From assembly GCA_002269645.1 (NCBI GenBank), contig NIVC01003724.1, positions 1 through 64,000 of the forward strand: a stretch of DNA of 64,000 nucleotides. Reading direction: 5' to 3'. The stretch comes from Macrostomum lignano. Its lineage: Eukaryota. The notes under the pieces are model-generated. The model worked only from the letters and a program-made list of their open reading frames with translations, was not told where the DNA came from and did no database searches. Shown here piece after piece: positions 36,790 through 50,215 of the stretch. Position 1 is the stretch's first letter. Every line of letters begins with the position of its first letter. The translations under genes were made by a program, and so were the position numbers.

Positions 36790-38760
36790 AGCACGCCACT
36801 GGCAACAAGCTGGAGCGCGCCGTACTCGACAGTGCATACGCGCTCTCGGTTTTTTCGACATCGATGTCGGTGCGTTCGATAATATGCTTTGAGAAGCCTT
36901 CAAGCGTACCCTGGAATCCTAGGCCACGCACGAGCACCTCACCCGCCGGATCATGTACATGGTCAGCAATCGGACTGCCACCTCGCCCCTCCTCGGACAC
37001 TCCCCGCTCTGTAGAAGTCCAGAAAGGTGGACCGCAAGGTGGAGTCCTCGTCCTCAGCCCGATTCTTTAGAACTTGGTCATGGACGAGCTGCTGCTCATC
37101 AGCCGAAATCCAGATCCGGTACAGAAGGTCGGCTATGCGGGCGAAGTTACCGCTACTGTCGCTGGACAATCACCCGCGGTCCTAAGAGACCTCCTTCAAG
37201 CTCTCATACGCCTTGCCAAACGCTGGGCTCACAGCTGCTGTCTCAAGCTCTCTGAGTCTAAAATCTTGGTTGTCATTTATCAGCCGCCGAAACTGGAGAA
37301 TCGAACTGCTGTCCTTCTATGGCAAACCTGTCACCATGGAGAAACAAACCAAATGCCTAGGCATCAGCCTTGAGCCTTGACCATAGGTTGGGTTGGACTC
37401 CACATTTTCAAACCAAAGTCCGTAAAGCTCTCGCGACTCTTGCGCAGATTCGCAGAGCTTTCGGTGCTGGCAGGGCCTCATCCTCGCCGCCTCTGTCATT
37501 GTGAGACTGCCCATCTCGTTTGTCGGTTTCATTTGAAAAAGCGCCCTGGAGGTGAAAGAACTTCTTGAAGCTCTCGAGGGGGTGCAAAAGCCGCGCTTGT
37601 CGAGCCATCATGAGCGCGACTCCTTAGTCCTTCCACTCCCTTTGCTGGTATGAACTCCTTCCTGGACCTTCCATCCTTGACCTCTTTGTCGGAGGGGAAG
37701 CAATGAAGATCACCTGCCGTCTGGGGCATCTCCATCAAGAAGCAGTTCGCTTTCATAAAGCGGAACCTCCAGACGCACAGCGATCTCAGCCTGCGAGACC
37801 TGGAAGCAGCAGGAGGTTTGCTGACCCTCTCGGACGGAATCCCATCTACGCGCTCTGCCCTCCGCTTAAATTCAAAACCACACCATATCTACTTCCACCA
37901 CATCACGAAGCAAGGGACAACAGAAACCCCGTGAAATTCACTGCGTCACTGACAGGTCCCAAATCAACTCGCCTCTGACTACGGCTACTGAATCGGGTCT
38001 GGAGGAAGAACTGTGGCGACCTCCCAGCACACTGGCACTTGCTCTCCCGTCTTCCAAAACGAAGTTCTCGCCATCAGCTTCTGTGCCATAGAGTTGTACA
38101 ATCAGCGAGTCTGGGGGAAATCAGTCTTCACTCAGACAATCAAGCCGTGATCCACACCCTTAAGCGTCCTCGACCGCATCGCGCAGAAAAATCGCTTAGG
38201 CACCCCCAACAAGGCGTCTCTAAGCTGGAGGTGGATCCCCGAGCACTCGGGCCACTCCAAAAACGATTTGGCCGATTGCCTGGCTCAACTGGATCTTTTA
38301 CTGGCCCTCTACATGTGGCTCCCAACCCAACCGCCGTTGTCACCACTTGGATCAACCAGTGGTTGGCTTCAAAGCACAGGGAGAGGTAGGCTAACACCCA
38401 ACTGCCATAAATCCCACGCAGCCGTCTCATGTCCTTCCCCCACCTTCTGCAGGGCCCTGCTTGGATTCAACTGCAGGGACATCAAGGCAGTGATCATGGC
38501 CTTCTCGGGACATGGCTAGAAGCATCGTCATCTCCAGGGAGAAATCTGCAGTGAGGAATGCCCATTCTACCTCTTCAGTGTTGAGAATGCGGAGCACTTT
38601 ATATCTTTGAATGCCACGCATTTACTTAGGGCAGGCCCACCTACCTGGCACTAAACTTTTATCTCTAAAATTTTCAGGCTTGAGAATTTCTGATGGCTTG
38701 TCTGCTGGCTAAGGGCTACTGGGCGAGCAACCATCCTAATAAACCCAATAAGATAAAAGA
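36790..38760 (+). mobile_element. Decayed 5'-truncated non-LTR retrotransposon with RT, RNase H and C-terminal Cys/His motif (R1/LOA/I-like group)
   Basis: Frameshifted fragments FDIDVGAFDN, KGGPQGGVL.SPIL, KVGYAGEV (YADD position mutated), SDNQAVI, WIPEHSGHSKNDLAD, SGHG...ENAEHF. Confidence 0.85.
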
Positions 38761-38965
38761 TTATAAAAATAACCCAACAAGCTTACCTAATAAGCTACTC
38801 AGTTGAATAGAAAGTTGGACATCTATCTTTGCTGGGGTAAATATGCTATGCATGCTACTGACAAGTAGGAAGGAATAAAAATAATGCTTCTTACACATGA
38901 ATTTCATTTCTATACAAATGTGTTATCAGTTACTAATTAGCACTAGAAATGACAGAGACAAGATG

Positions 38966-41083
38966 GAAAATAAGAGCATGTACATATCACCATACCTTAA
39001 TAAGAAATTAAAAGATATGCTAAAACTATAATAACATTAAATATTATTCATTTTAAGCAAAATCTGAAGGTGCTTAATCATATTTATAGAAGTAAAGTAA
39101 AATAGCTTATAGTAGGCTTTAAAACTAGTACAAAAAGGAAGTTAAGAGCAAATACTATTATTTAATGCTTTATTTTGCTTTATCTATCATTATATTGGTA
39201 TACATTTTTAGCAAAAAAACCAATTTATATTAGAAATGATAATAGGTTATAAATAAGTTAATTCATAGACTAAATGTGCTAGTGCTACTAACAATAATAT
39301 TAATAGTTTTGTTGATAATTTTTGCTATAATAATAACAAGTTTTTATCTTCTAAAAGTCATTAGTAATATTGAATATTTTTGTTTAATCTGCCAGTATTC
39401 AATAATAATATTGAAGTTCCATTTGCATATTTTAAACTGAAAATTAATATTTACATTTGTTTTAATCATAAGTACATCAAAATTACTACCAAAGTCTCTT
39501 GGGTAGTAAAAATATATGCAATCTAACTAGTGAGCCAATCAAATTGTTTTTATCTTCTTTTAACCTTTTTTAAACAATTTTTCAAATATTTAAAATCTCA
39601 AAGACAATGAATTTTTCAAACTAGGAAGTAAAAGGAAATCATACTTCCAAATATACTATTGATACACAGAATACTATGGAGATCAAAGTGAAATAAAATA
39701 GATCTTAGGAATATGCATACAATATTAAAAAGGCCATGACCCTCTAATCCAGGTAGCACCTAAGGACTAATAGTTAAATACTAAGACAACTAAAGACAAT
39801 GCTTTTGCCATTAATGGAGTTAAGATTTTTGTTAATGGTGCCTAATATTACCTCTAGTATGACCATTCAATGTCACTATCCATTCAATGTCACTATCTTA
39901 TGGCTTGTGCCAACTATGCCAGTTATGAGCTTAATAATTATTTTATCATTATTCTTAAATGCTATAACAATTGCTATTCAAAAATTTTTAAAATGCTATA
40001 AAACCATAAACAACTCTGATTTTTATGGTGAAAATAAGAGCATGTACATATCACCATACCTTAATAAGAAATTAAAAGATATGCTAAAACTATAATAACA
40101 TTAAATATTATTCATTTTAAGCAAAATCTGAAGGTGCTTAATCATATTTATAGAAGTAAAGTAAAATAGCTTATAGTAGGCTTTAAAACTAGTACAAAAA
40201 GGAAGTTAAGAGCAAATACTATTATTTAATGCTTTATTTTGCTTTATCTATCATTATATTGGTATACATTTTTAGCAAAAAAACCAATTTATATTAGAAA
40301 TGATAATAGGTTATAAATAAGTTAATTCATAGACTAAATGTGCTAGTGCTACTAACAATAATATTAATAGTTTTGTTGATAATTTTTGCTATAATAATAA
40401 CAAGTTTTTATCTTCTAAAAGTCATTAGTAATATTGAATATTTTTGTTTAATCTGCCAGTATTCAATAATAATATTGAAGTTCCATTTGCATATTTTAAA
40501 CTGAAAATTAATATTTACATTTGTTTTAATCATAAGTACATCAAAATTACTACCAAAGTCTCTTGGGTAGTAAAAATATATGCAATCTAACTAGTGAGCC
40601 AATCAAATTGTTTTTATCTTCTTTTAACCTTTTTTAAACAATTTTTCAAATATTTAAAATCTCAAAGACAATGAATTTTTCAAACTAGGAAGTAAAAGGA
40701 AATCATACTTCCAAATATACTATTGATACACAGAATACTATGGAGATCAAAGTGAAATAAAATAGATCTTAGGAATATGCATACAATATTAAAAAGGCCA
40801 TGACCCTCTAATCCAGGTAGCACCTAAGGACTAATAGTTAAATACTAAGACAACTAAAGACAATGCTTTTGCCATTAATGGAGTTAAGATTTTTGTTAAT
40901 GGTGCCTAATATTACCTCTAGTATGACCATTCAATGTCACTATCCATTCAATGTCACTATCTTATGGCTTGTGCCAACTATGCCAGTTATGAGCTTAATA
41001 ATTATTTTATCATTATTCTTAAATGCTATAACAATTGCTATTCAAAAATTTTTAAAATGCTATAAAACCATAAACAACTCTGA
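38966..41083. repeat. Tandem duplication of about 1054 bp (38966-40019 and 40030-41083)
   Basis: Matching sequence at offset 1064; the duplicated ORFs 39799/40863 confirm the offset. Confidence 0.95.
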
Positions 41084-41478
41084 AAAAACAACTGCAATCA
41101 TATAATATTAATGCATTCTAAAGAATCTTCTATTGAAGTTCTAACCCTACATTTCCATTTTTCTCTTTCTTATTTTTTCTCTTGCCTTTGCAATATAGTT
41201 GGCTTCTAAATTGCTCTTGTCATAGCCAGTATTTAACTATTAATATAAATATTTTAGATATACTAATACCAATGTAAATTTATCAATTTTGTTAATAAAA
41301 TACTAATTAACCTAGTAAAGCAACATAAAACATGTCATTAAAAAATGTTTCCTTTTGCACTAGTCTTATTTATACTCATTAAACTAGCAATCTAGTGCCC
41401 TTTTTAGGATGCTTAATAAGCAAAGGATAAAAATTATTTTAAAAAATTCTTTAAAATAAAATCTTATTTTCTTAAAAG

Positions 41479-41774
41479 CATACATGTGCAACCTCCAAAA
41501 TTCGGTCAGCCGTGCGACTTAGTTTTAACAAAAATGCGACATAGTTTTTGGCCAAAAATGCGACTTACATATAAAAAAACCCGAAAGCAAAATTAACGCA
41601 ACTTTGGGTAAACGGCAGGAGTAACTATGACTGTTTTATTAAGCTAAAATGCCTCGTCAGCTACTTAGTACTACTCCTCAGGTTTTTTTGGGTGGGCATT
41701 TTTGCGACTTCCTTGATTGGCCGCCAAATCGGTCGGCCGGATCGGCCGACTCGGCCGACTGTTGCGCATGTATG
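41479..41774. mobile_element. hAT-type MITE, copy 1
   Basis: TIR CATACATGYGCAAC; 8-bp TSD CTTAAAAG at 41471-41478 and 41775-41782. Confidence 0.85.
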
Positions 41775-42795
41775 CTTAAAAGCATCGTTATTTCAGTTTA
41801 ATAAATCCCTATTCAAGTAAAATTGTATGGAATAATACTTTTTGATAAACTATATATAGCTTCTAACCTCTCAACCTAGATATTCTAACAATTCCCCCAA
41901 TAAGCTTTGACATTAGCAATTCTCTAAGTATGCCTCAACATCTTAGCAATTCTCTTACTAAGTCTAGACATCTTAGCAATTCTCCCAGTAAGCCCCCTGA
42001 CATATCAGCAATCTAGTATCCTATTTGGGATAGCCAATAAACAAGGCCCAAAATTATTTATGCAAATCTATTAAAAAATAAATTTTCTTAAAAGCATATA
42101 TGCCAGATAGCAAGCATTTCCTAATAGCAAACAACCCAATATAGCATTTGCCAAATAACAAGCACCCAGCAAATAGTAAGCATCTCCTAGATTGAAAGTA
42201 TCCTACCAAATACCAAGCATACCCCAGATAGAAAATAGCTAATGGTAATAATCCTTTTCTTATCTAGTGCAATAATCCTTTTTTAGCTAATGCAATATTC
42301 TATTTCTTAACTAATGCAATTTTTTAGCTGGTACAATAATCTTTTTCTCATTTATCTATTGCAATAATTCCTTTTATATCTAGTGCAATAATCCTTTCCT
42401 TATCTAGTATAATAATCTCTAATTTAAGTGAGTAGAATAATCTGTCTCAGTTAATACAATAATCCTTTTGTTAATAAATATTTTAATAAAAAATATATTA
42501 CTCTATATATATATCATTAGCACCTCATTTGAAGGAAATAATTCTATCTATTATATTCATTTATGAATGGGCAATAAAAAAGTTCTTACTTACCTAATGG
42601 AAATTTAGACTGCTTTATTAAAATTTCAGCATTTAACTTATAGAATCTAGTGTTTAAAATATAATATTTTGAGATTGTATACTTTTTAAAGACCAACTTT
42701 CTAGAAAAAATGCATATTATATTAATTAGAAAAATATTTTTTCTTTACACTTACACATTATTATATAACACATATAAAAGATATATTATATATAT

Positions 42796-43472
42796 GGCAA
42801 TGACTATTCGTCTGGTACCAGATAAATAAAAGTGAAGTTATTTGTCCAGTATTGGATAAAAAAACAGTGAAGTTATTTGTCTAGTACTGGCTGAGCTGTG
42901 TGAATTTATATGCCACTCTACATATCTATTCTAGCAAGGTATAACTAGTGTGATGTTAGAGTGTCTTCCTAATGATTAGTCAGTACTGAGTTTGAATCTG
43001 TAGTGATGACTCCACTTTTTTTGCAACAACTCCAAGTGTTATTGTAATAACTCTAAGTCCTTACTTTGGCATATGTGTTACACAGTAGCAAATGTCATTA
43101 TTAATTTTGACTGTACTATGACTACTGTTTAATGTGAAACCATACTGATATATATAGAAAGAAATATAATATTAATACAGGTAAAAATTATACAAAACTG
43201 TTGGATTGGGCAAAATGACTATGCTCAAGTTTTTTTGCCCAAAATTCTAGAATTTCTGAGAAATAGCACTATCTAATCATAACAAATATTTTCTACTTCT
43301 AGCCTAAAAATGAACTGTATACTACTTTTTTGAGTATTCCCTGTATTTTACAAGTTTTTATTTTATATTTACATCCATACTGTGCTGGACAAATACCTTC
43401 ACTTTTATTTATCTAGTACTGGATGAATAATAGTTACGTTATTCATCCAATACCAGACAAATAGTCACTGCC
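42796..43472. mobile_element. Old MITE with degenerate TIRs inserted in (TA)n
   Basis: GGCAATGACTATTCGTCTGGTA at the left end versus TACCAGACAAATAGTCACTGCC at the right end; internal subrepeats; TA runs on both flanks. Confidence 0.6.
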
Positions 43473-44002
43473 TATATATATACATATATATATATAAATA
43501 AATATTGTTGATTTCTTTAACTTTTCTTTGAGTTTATTTTCTAGATTATACAAATCTGCTTTAATTATATCTATTAACTATTTGCTATATTTTTTAAACT
43601 GAGATTTTATGTTAACATATTCTATGCACATACATGTAGGGGCGGTAAGGGCCTAGAATTGGCATTCAATTTGTCATTTGTGCAATGGATGCAAAAAACT
43701 GTTTAGTCCACTTTGAGATGCATATTTAAGAATTTTCTTGAGTGTACATGAAAATTTAAATGTGTTTTATTCACTTTAACAAACAAATACTCATAAAAAA
43801 TGTATGAAAAATGAACAGTGAAGTGAATGCTCCATACACATATTTGGCACTGAAGTAAGTAACATGTCAGTCTTGGCCAACTTTAACTTTGTAATTAGCC
43901 AAAATGTCACATAGGTTTTTACATAATAGATTAAATGAGATAACAGATACTGAACAAATTACAAGCAGAAGAATCAATTGGAAACCATACCAAAAAAAAT
44001 TT

Positions 44003-44410
44003 CGAAGAGCTTGCGTGCACGGCAGCCGTTCACGTAAGCTCAGAATTGCGTGCACGGCGGCTATCTACCTAGTCACTTAGCCTAGTGCTATATTTGCATG
44101 TATGCAGCCGTCCACCTAGTGTTGTAATTGCGTGCACGGCAGCCGGCAATTGGCCGGGACTGGGGCCCTTAAATCCACGCATTGGCATTGGCAAACCTAA
44201 TTAAAAAATATTTTTACTATATTGTTTTATAATGTTTTATCCCCCGTACACCATGGACTGCAAATGTAATCTTAATTCATTGTTTTTTTGTTAACTTGAA
44301 TATTCATTCGAATAGTATATGACTTACTGTATTAAGCCTATAAGATATAGCTCTGCCGTGCACGCAATTCTGAGCTTACGTGAACGGCGGCCGTGCACGC
44401 AAGCTCTTCG
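44003..44410. mobile_element. Foldback MITE with about 55-60 bp TIRs
   Basis: CGAAGAGCTTGCGTGCACGGC.GCCGTTCACGTAAGCTCAGAATTGCGTGCACGGC mirrored at 44354-44410; 8-bp TSD AAAAATTT. Confidence 0.85.
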
Positions 44411-45198
44411 AAAAATTTTTATCGAGAAACGAAATTAAAGTTAAATAAGTTTGGGCTTTCCTGTAAAAAACTGATTTAAACGAAAACGAAAAACTATTTA
44501 ATAAAGTAATTGTAGTTTACATATTTTAAAATAAGCAAGAAAATTTAAACTAGCAACAACTAGCCATTTATTAAGTTTCTAATCTACAATGTTAAAAATG
44601 TACATCGATCTGTGTTTTAATGCTTTTAAGCAATCTGGTCTGTAATATCCGCGTATAATCTAAGAAACTTCCCACATTTCTCAGTAATCGGTCAGCCTTG
44701 TTAGTGCTAAGTTAAGGTTTTCCATTATATTGTTTTTTCATCTGATTGAAATTTTTTCATGTGTACTAGAATGCTCATCTATATGTAAAAAGAATGTAGA
44801 GAAAGACAGAAACTGAATTTGGTAAGTTGCATTCTGAATTATTCAATTAGGGAGACTAGTAGCCATGCCCATAGTAAGCTTATGGCATATTATTTGTTTG
44901 TTAATTTAAGAAACATTAGGCCTATGTTAGATTTTTTTACTGTTTAAAGGTAATTTTTAACCAATTAGCAATATTCTAGGCTATCTATATAATTAAAAAC
45001 TTCTAGACCTAGTAAGAGAAGAGTCACATTTGGTGTCAACACAAATAGCTCTTTGAGTTAGTATTCTAACAAACTAGCAAACTACATATTCAAATGGATC
45101 CTAGTCATTTTATCAACTGCCATTTCGTCAACTAGACACATTGTCAACCTGTTCCCTATATTGGTCATTTCGTCAACCAACCAATAAGATACTTTCAA

Positions 45199-45613
45199 GG
45201 CAGTTGTTATTGTTTGGTATAAATAACAAAATGGTTATTTTTATGGTTAATGCATAAGACACTATGCGGGCCTATGGTCTTTACTTAATTTAACTGTATA
45301 AATAGCAAAACTGTTATTTTTACAGTCATTGTAGGTAGGAAGCAAAATGGCTATTTTTACGGTCATGTAGAAGAAATTTCTGTTAAATTATAAGGTAATA
45401 GTTAACAATTACCAAAAGTAAGCTACCATGACAAGAACTACTAAAAGTTACCATCATATTTATTAATAAAATGCTTCTTTATTTTTTAAATTTAACCATC
45501 ATAATATTTGTATAGCAAGTTCGTCACTTCATTTAGATGGTATTGTTTTAAGTGTTAACCGTAAAAATAACTGTCTTGCTATTTATATGGTCACTGTAAC
45601 AATAACAACTGCC
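45199..45613. mobile_element. Mutator-like MITE nested in an older repeat
   Basis: GGCAGTTGTTATTG...CAATAACAACTGCC termini; 9-bp TSD TACTTTCAA at 45190-45198 and 45614-45622; GTCATTTYGTCAAC units on both sides. Confidence 0.75.
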
Positions 45614-47698
45614 TACTTTCAAAGCTTGGTTATTTTGTCAACTATTCAATGGGACAATGTCAACTTTTGGTCACTTCAACTGCCAATAATATATGCCTCG
45701 CATGCAGCCCTCCTCCTTTCTCATTCTGGGTTTGGGACTTAACAATGGCAGAGTTACTGCCACAAAGATGCAGTTTATATGGTAAAAAAAACTGCATTGC
45801 ACAAAATCACAAAGATCACAAAAGGCACTACAAAGGTCACAATCAAATATAAAGCTGAAGATATATACAGAATGTACACGAATTACACTGTATAGCCTAT
45901 TGATATGGCCACACAGTCTTTGAGCACTGAATATATTTATCAGTCTCCATTACCAAGATATAAAAAATTGAGTGGCCCTCTTGAAACCCTACTCCATTAT
46001 ATAGTGTTTGAGGAGGTTGTAGTGTTAGGTTTAAAGTATTTTGGATTGGTTTGGCTAGTAGGGTTGTTGAGATATGATAGTTAGGGATATAAGACATGGT
46101 GCTAATTTGCACCTCACAAGAACTGCCTACCAATTAAATGTGTCATGTACCCCTCCCTTCTAATACCACCTATGTTTCGATTGAAACCAAGACCAAAATA
46201 GGGCACATAAGCTAGGGTGCACATTGACAGCTTAAGGGGAGAGGTGGATGCAAAGATGGATTGAGAGAATAGGTATTAATGCGAAGGGCCTTGGTTCAAG
46301 TTACAGAGACAAGGCACGTTGTCAGTTTGGGGATGGGGTGTGAAGATGGATTGAAAAGAGTCAGTTTAAAGTGGACAAGCTTTGGCATTCACCAGAGTTA
46401 ATTAGGAATAAGCCACATTGGGCTCTTACCATGTGTAGCTAAAAGCATAGCTATATAAGAGCTATTTATATACTTGACCATCTCTCAGTCTCTTTGTCAG
46501 TCTTTCTTTCTTTCTTTGTATCTCTGTTGGTATGAAAAATGAATAATATGAGGAAGGTAGTGGTTCTTTTTGTGGTGAATTCAAAAGTAGTCAAAGAAGA
46601 AGATGGAAAGTGTGAAATATTCTTGCCTTTATAGTGGCATGCTTGTTGCATATGTATACAAATTAATAAAGAACGTTCCAGAAAATCAGGAAATTTCTAG
46701 AATAGTACCCAATAATAACAAATGTAATAAGCGGATATGACATGTGTTGGTTGATGTACATATTATGAAATTTGCAAACTGTAGCTAGCCAGTTGATGAA
46801 GTAACTAACATTCTCAGGTCATTTCGTCAACTGACTAATGAACCAATCTAAAACCTTGTCATTTTGTCAACTGCAAGTGAGAACACCTTAAAATGTTGGT
46901 CAATTCATCAACCAAATTGACAAACTGGCAGTTGACAAAATGACCAGCACCCATTCAAACTAGGCTTGTGTAACTTAATGTATAAAGCTTCAATGATCCT
47001 TGGTTTGAAATCATTCTGCAACTATCATCTAATATAAATATATAAATATTTATATTAGAATGTCACAAGATATGGACAAATAGCCTTCAATAAATAGACT
47101 AGTATCTTTACTTCTTATTCAATTAAATACACCTAGACCAAATGCTAACCCCACCCTCCCAAATCAGTGCCCCTAAATCCTTGTTCTATAAACTCAATTC
47201 CAAATTTTTCACTTCTCCTAGTCTCAAATCTGAGCACAACATACTTGCAACTGCTTAAGCACCCTTGTTTTTCCTTAAGATGTAGACCACATGGTTTCCC
47301 ATTCTTAATTTCCTCTCTTCATTTATAAGCCACAAGCCCACAACCTGTAACACTCTTAACTCTTCAAACTCAAGCTTCTTAGTCTTCTATTTTCCTAAAT
47401 GCCTTCTCAAATCTTAATATAATATGCTTTATTGTTACTTATCTATTCTTTCTACCTTTCCTAAGAGCACAACTATCCCTAATTCCTTCCTTTCATTTAT
47501 AAGCCACAATATCAATCTTCTATTCTTGACTTGTTCCAAATCTGTGTTCTATATCAAAGCAACTCTTTGGTATTTGTCAATTTTCCAATTCCAATTCAAG
47601 CTAAATATTTGTTTGATTTAATTTAATTCCAAATATTCCAATATTTGTCTGATCTCTAAAAGAAACACTGATTAACAGAGCAATGGAATTGATAGACC

Positions 47699-47996
47699 CA
47701 TACATGCGCAACAGTCGGCCAAGTTGGCTGATCCGGCCGACTGATTTGGCAGCCAACCAAGGAAGTCGCAAAAATTCCCACCCGAAAAAACACCCAAGTA
47801 GTAGTACTAAGTAGCTGACGAGGCCTGTTGGCTTAATAGGACAGTCATAGTTACTCCTGCCATTTACCCAAAGTTGCATTTATTTTGCTTCAAGGTTTTT
47901 TTATATGTAAGTCACATTTTTGGCCAAAAACGACGTCACATTTTTGCTAAAACTAAGTTGCATGGCCGACCAAATTTTGGAGGTTGCACATGTATG
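47699..47996. mobile_element. hAT-type MITE, copy 2, inverted relative to copy 1
   Basis: Reverse complement of 41479-41774; TSD GATAGACC / GATAGACA (7 of 8). Confidence 0.85.
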
Positions 47997-49034
47997 GATA
48001 GACACCTGCCTTGAAAGGAGAAGGCATCTCATAGCTAACTATGATGATATTAAGGATTCAGAGCCATATCTAGTTCTTGAAAATTTTATAGAAAACTAGG
48101 CAGCAGCTACTCATATAGTAGCACATTATAAATAGTATTGTTTTTAATTTTTTGCATTTTCAATTTTGCGACTTACCTTGGCTAGTGGCCATTTCACCTA
48201 TCCAGTTTGGATGGGTGTTGGTCATGTATGACTATGCACCAATCTTAACCCCAGTGTATTATGTCTATGGGCACATTGTTATAACAGCATAATTATTACG
48301 ATGATTGATAATTAATTTTAAGAAAAACATTCCTTTTTTACTAGCCTATAGACAGCCAACTCTTGAATGTAGATCAACTAGCACACAGTTAAGAGGGATG
48401 ATGCTCATACTCATTTATTAAATTCAGACAGGTGTTTAGCTAATTAGAGATAAGGAAGAATTAAGAGTTGCTCAACATTAATTATCAAGTTGCAAAATTG
48501 ATAATCACAAATGAAAAATAGAGTAGCAAAAAGAATAAAGGCAAGAGGAAGAAGAACAATAAAAATGGCAGAACAAAGCAAAAATAAAAAAAAGCAAAAC
48601 AAAACAGAAAGCAAAAAACGATAGAAAGTAAAGTATATCAAAAAAGTGAACTAAGTTGCATTTTCAGTCAAAACTAAGTCACGGCTTGTGTCATTTCAAA
48701 ACTTGCAGATGTATGGTGCTAGGTGTGAAAAATAACTAGGAGCCTAGAGGGGGGGTGGGGGTACTTTTGATTGTCAAATGTAAGTTTATCTGTTAGCATG
48801 GACTCTGCAGTATTGGCAAAATGTCTGACATATCAACAAGCATGTGCATTAATGCCCCTTGTAAATTTTAGATCCTCCGGCACAACATATCCTGTTACAT
48901 TGGGACAAGAAAATCTCTCAGCAATCAATCGCATTAAAGGAAGGAAACGTCTGCATAGTGAAATTATTATTGCTCAGTTAGTTGCATAAAGGAACACAAG
49001 ACAGTTATTTACACTTGTTTAGCTTCAACCTGAC

Positions 49035-49123
49035 ATGCCCTCTGGTCAGAGCATGCAGCAGCAGCAGCGTAACAGTCGCGGTACATCTTCTCGCAATCGT
49101 CCTGCAGGACAAAACAATCTTAA
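49035..49123 (+). CDS. ATXN2: Ataxin-2, exon 1
   Basis: ATG 49035, MPSGQSMQQQQRNS..., AA|GTAAGC donor, phase 2. Confidence 0.7.
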
Positions 49124-49226
49124 GTAAGCCGAAGGGTGTCCACTTATTCAAGAATGGTTGAATTCATTCAAATTTTGCAACCATTGTCTTGACTGCCGTT
49201 TGATTCGCAATTTATGACTTTTTTAG

Positions 49227-49314
49227 CCGCCCCGTCTATGGGAAGGGCCTGACTTCTTACAGTCGCGGCGGTGGCAACGCGGGCCACGGCGGCGCTCCGC
49301 CCGCATTTGGCCAG
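49227..49314 (+). CDS. ATXN2: Ataxin-2, exon 2
   Basis: ttttttag|C...CAG|GTCTGT, phase 2 to 0. Confidence 0.7.
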
Positions 49315-49440
49315 GTCTGTTGTTGTTTGTTTAAATCATTCATCTATCACTTGATAATTATTCCCTATTCATGCTGTCAATCAAACAATCTTGCCAATCA
49401 GCATAAATCATTTTTTTAACCAAAAAACATCTCCGAGCAG

Positions 49441-50055
49441 GCCGGCGGTGCCGGGCAGCAGCCCCAGCTGGACAATATTCAGGGCATCATGACCAATCCG
49501 TCCTTTGTCCACGTGGCCACCCGCTACCTGATTGGCCAGCCGGTGAAGCTGGAGCTAGTTGACAGCCAGCAGCCAAGTCCGGAAGGTGTGTTGCGCACCA
49601 TCATGTCGCCGGACACTCTGCGCATTTATCAGTCGGACAGCGGCAACGGCAACAACAACGATATGTTTGTCCGACTGGCCGACATCAAGGAGTTCACCGT
49701 GGCCGATGTTGACTGCAACGAGGTGCTGAAAACCGTCTCCGCGGCAGCGGCGGCCAATCACCAGCGCGCCAGCCCGGCCCCGGCCGCCAACTCGCCTTCA
49801 CCTGGCCCCACCGATTCCATTGCCGCCGCAGGTTCAACGACGGCGCAAAAATCGACGCCGTCTGGCAACGTTGAAAGCTTCGTCACTGACGAGGGCATCG
49901 CCACGGCTACTAAGAAGCCACAGGTGGTGCTGCAGCGCCATCGTCCGCCTCAGTCGCAGACTTCAACATCGTCTAACGCTTCAACGGCGTCGAATGCGAA
50001 AGCGCCGGCGGACGCCGCTGCTGCTGCTGGAAGTCAGGGCGGCGGTGACTTGCAG
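49441..50055 (+). CDS. ATXN2: Ataxin-2, exon 3 (LSm domain)
   Basis: NPSFVHVATRYLIGQPVKLEL...EGVLRTIMSP matches the Ataxin-2 LSm domain; SFVTDEGI motif; CAG|GTTTG donor. Confidence 0.85.
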
Positions 50056-50215
50056 GTTTGTTGGAAATATATTGCTGCTTTTTATACCAATAACTGTAAG
50101 AGGAATGTAATAGTAAAGAAAATTATGTAACTACTGATAGGCTCTTCTCTGTTTGAAAGGAATTCCCCGCCTCTTCTTAACATTCGCTGTCACATCTTCC
50201 TCATATCTTCCTCCT

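Noticed and set aside
39799-41105. Duplicated 80-98 aa hydrophobic ORFs
   Set aside because: Chance frames in AT-rich decayed DNA, repeated only because of the tandem duplication.
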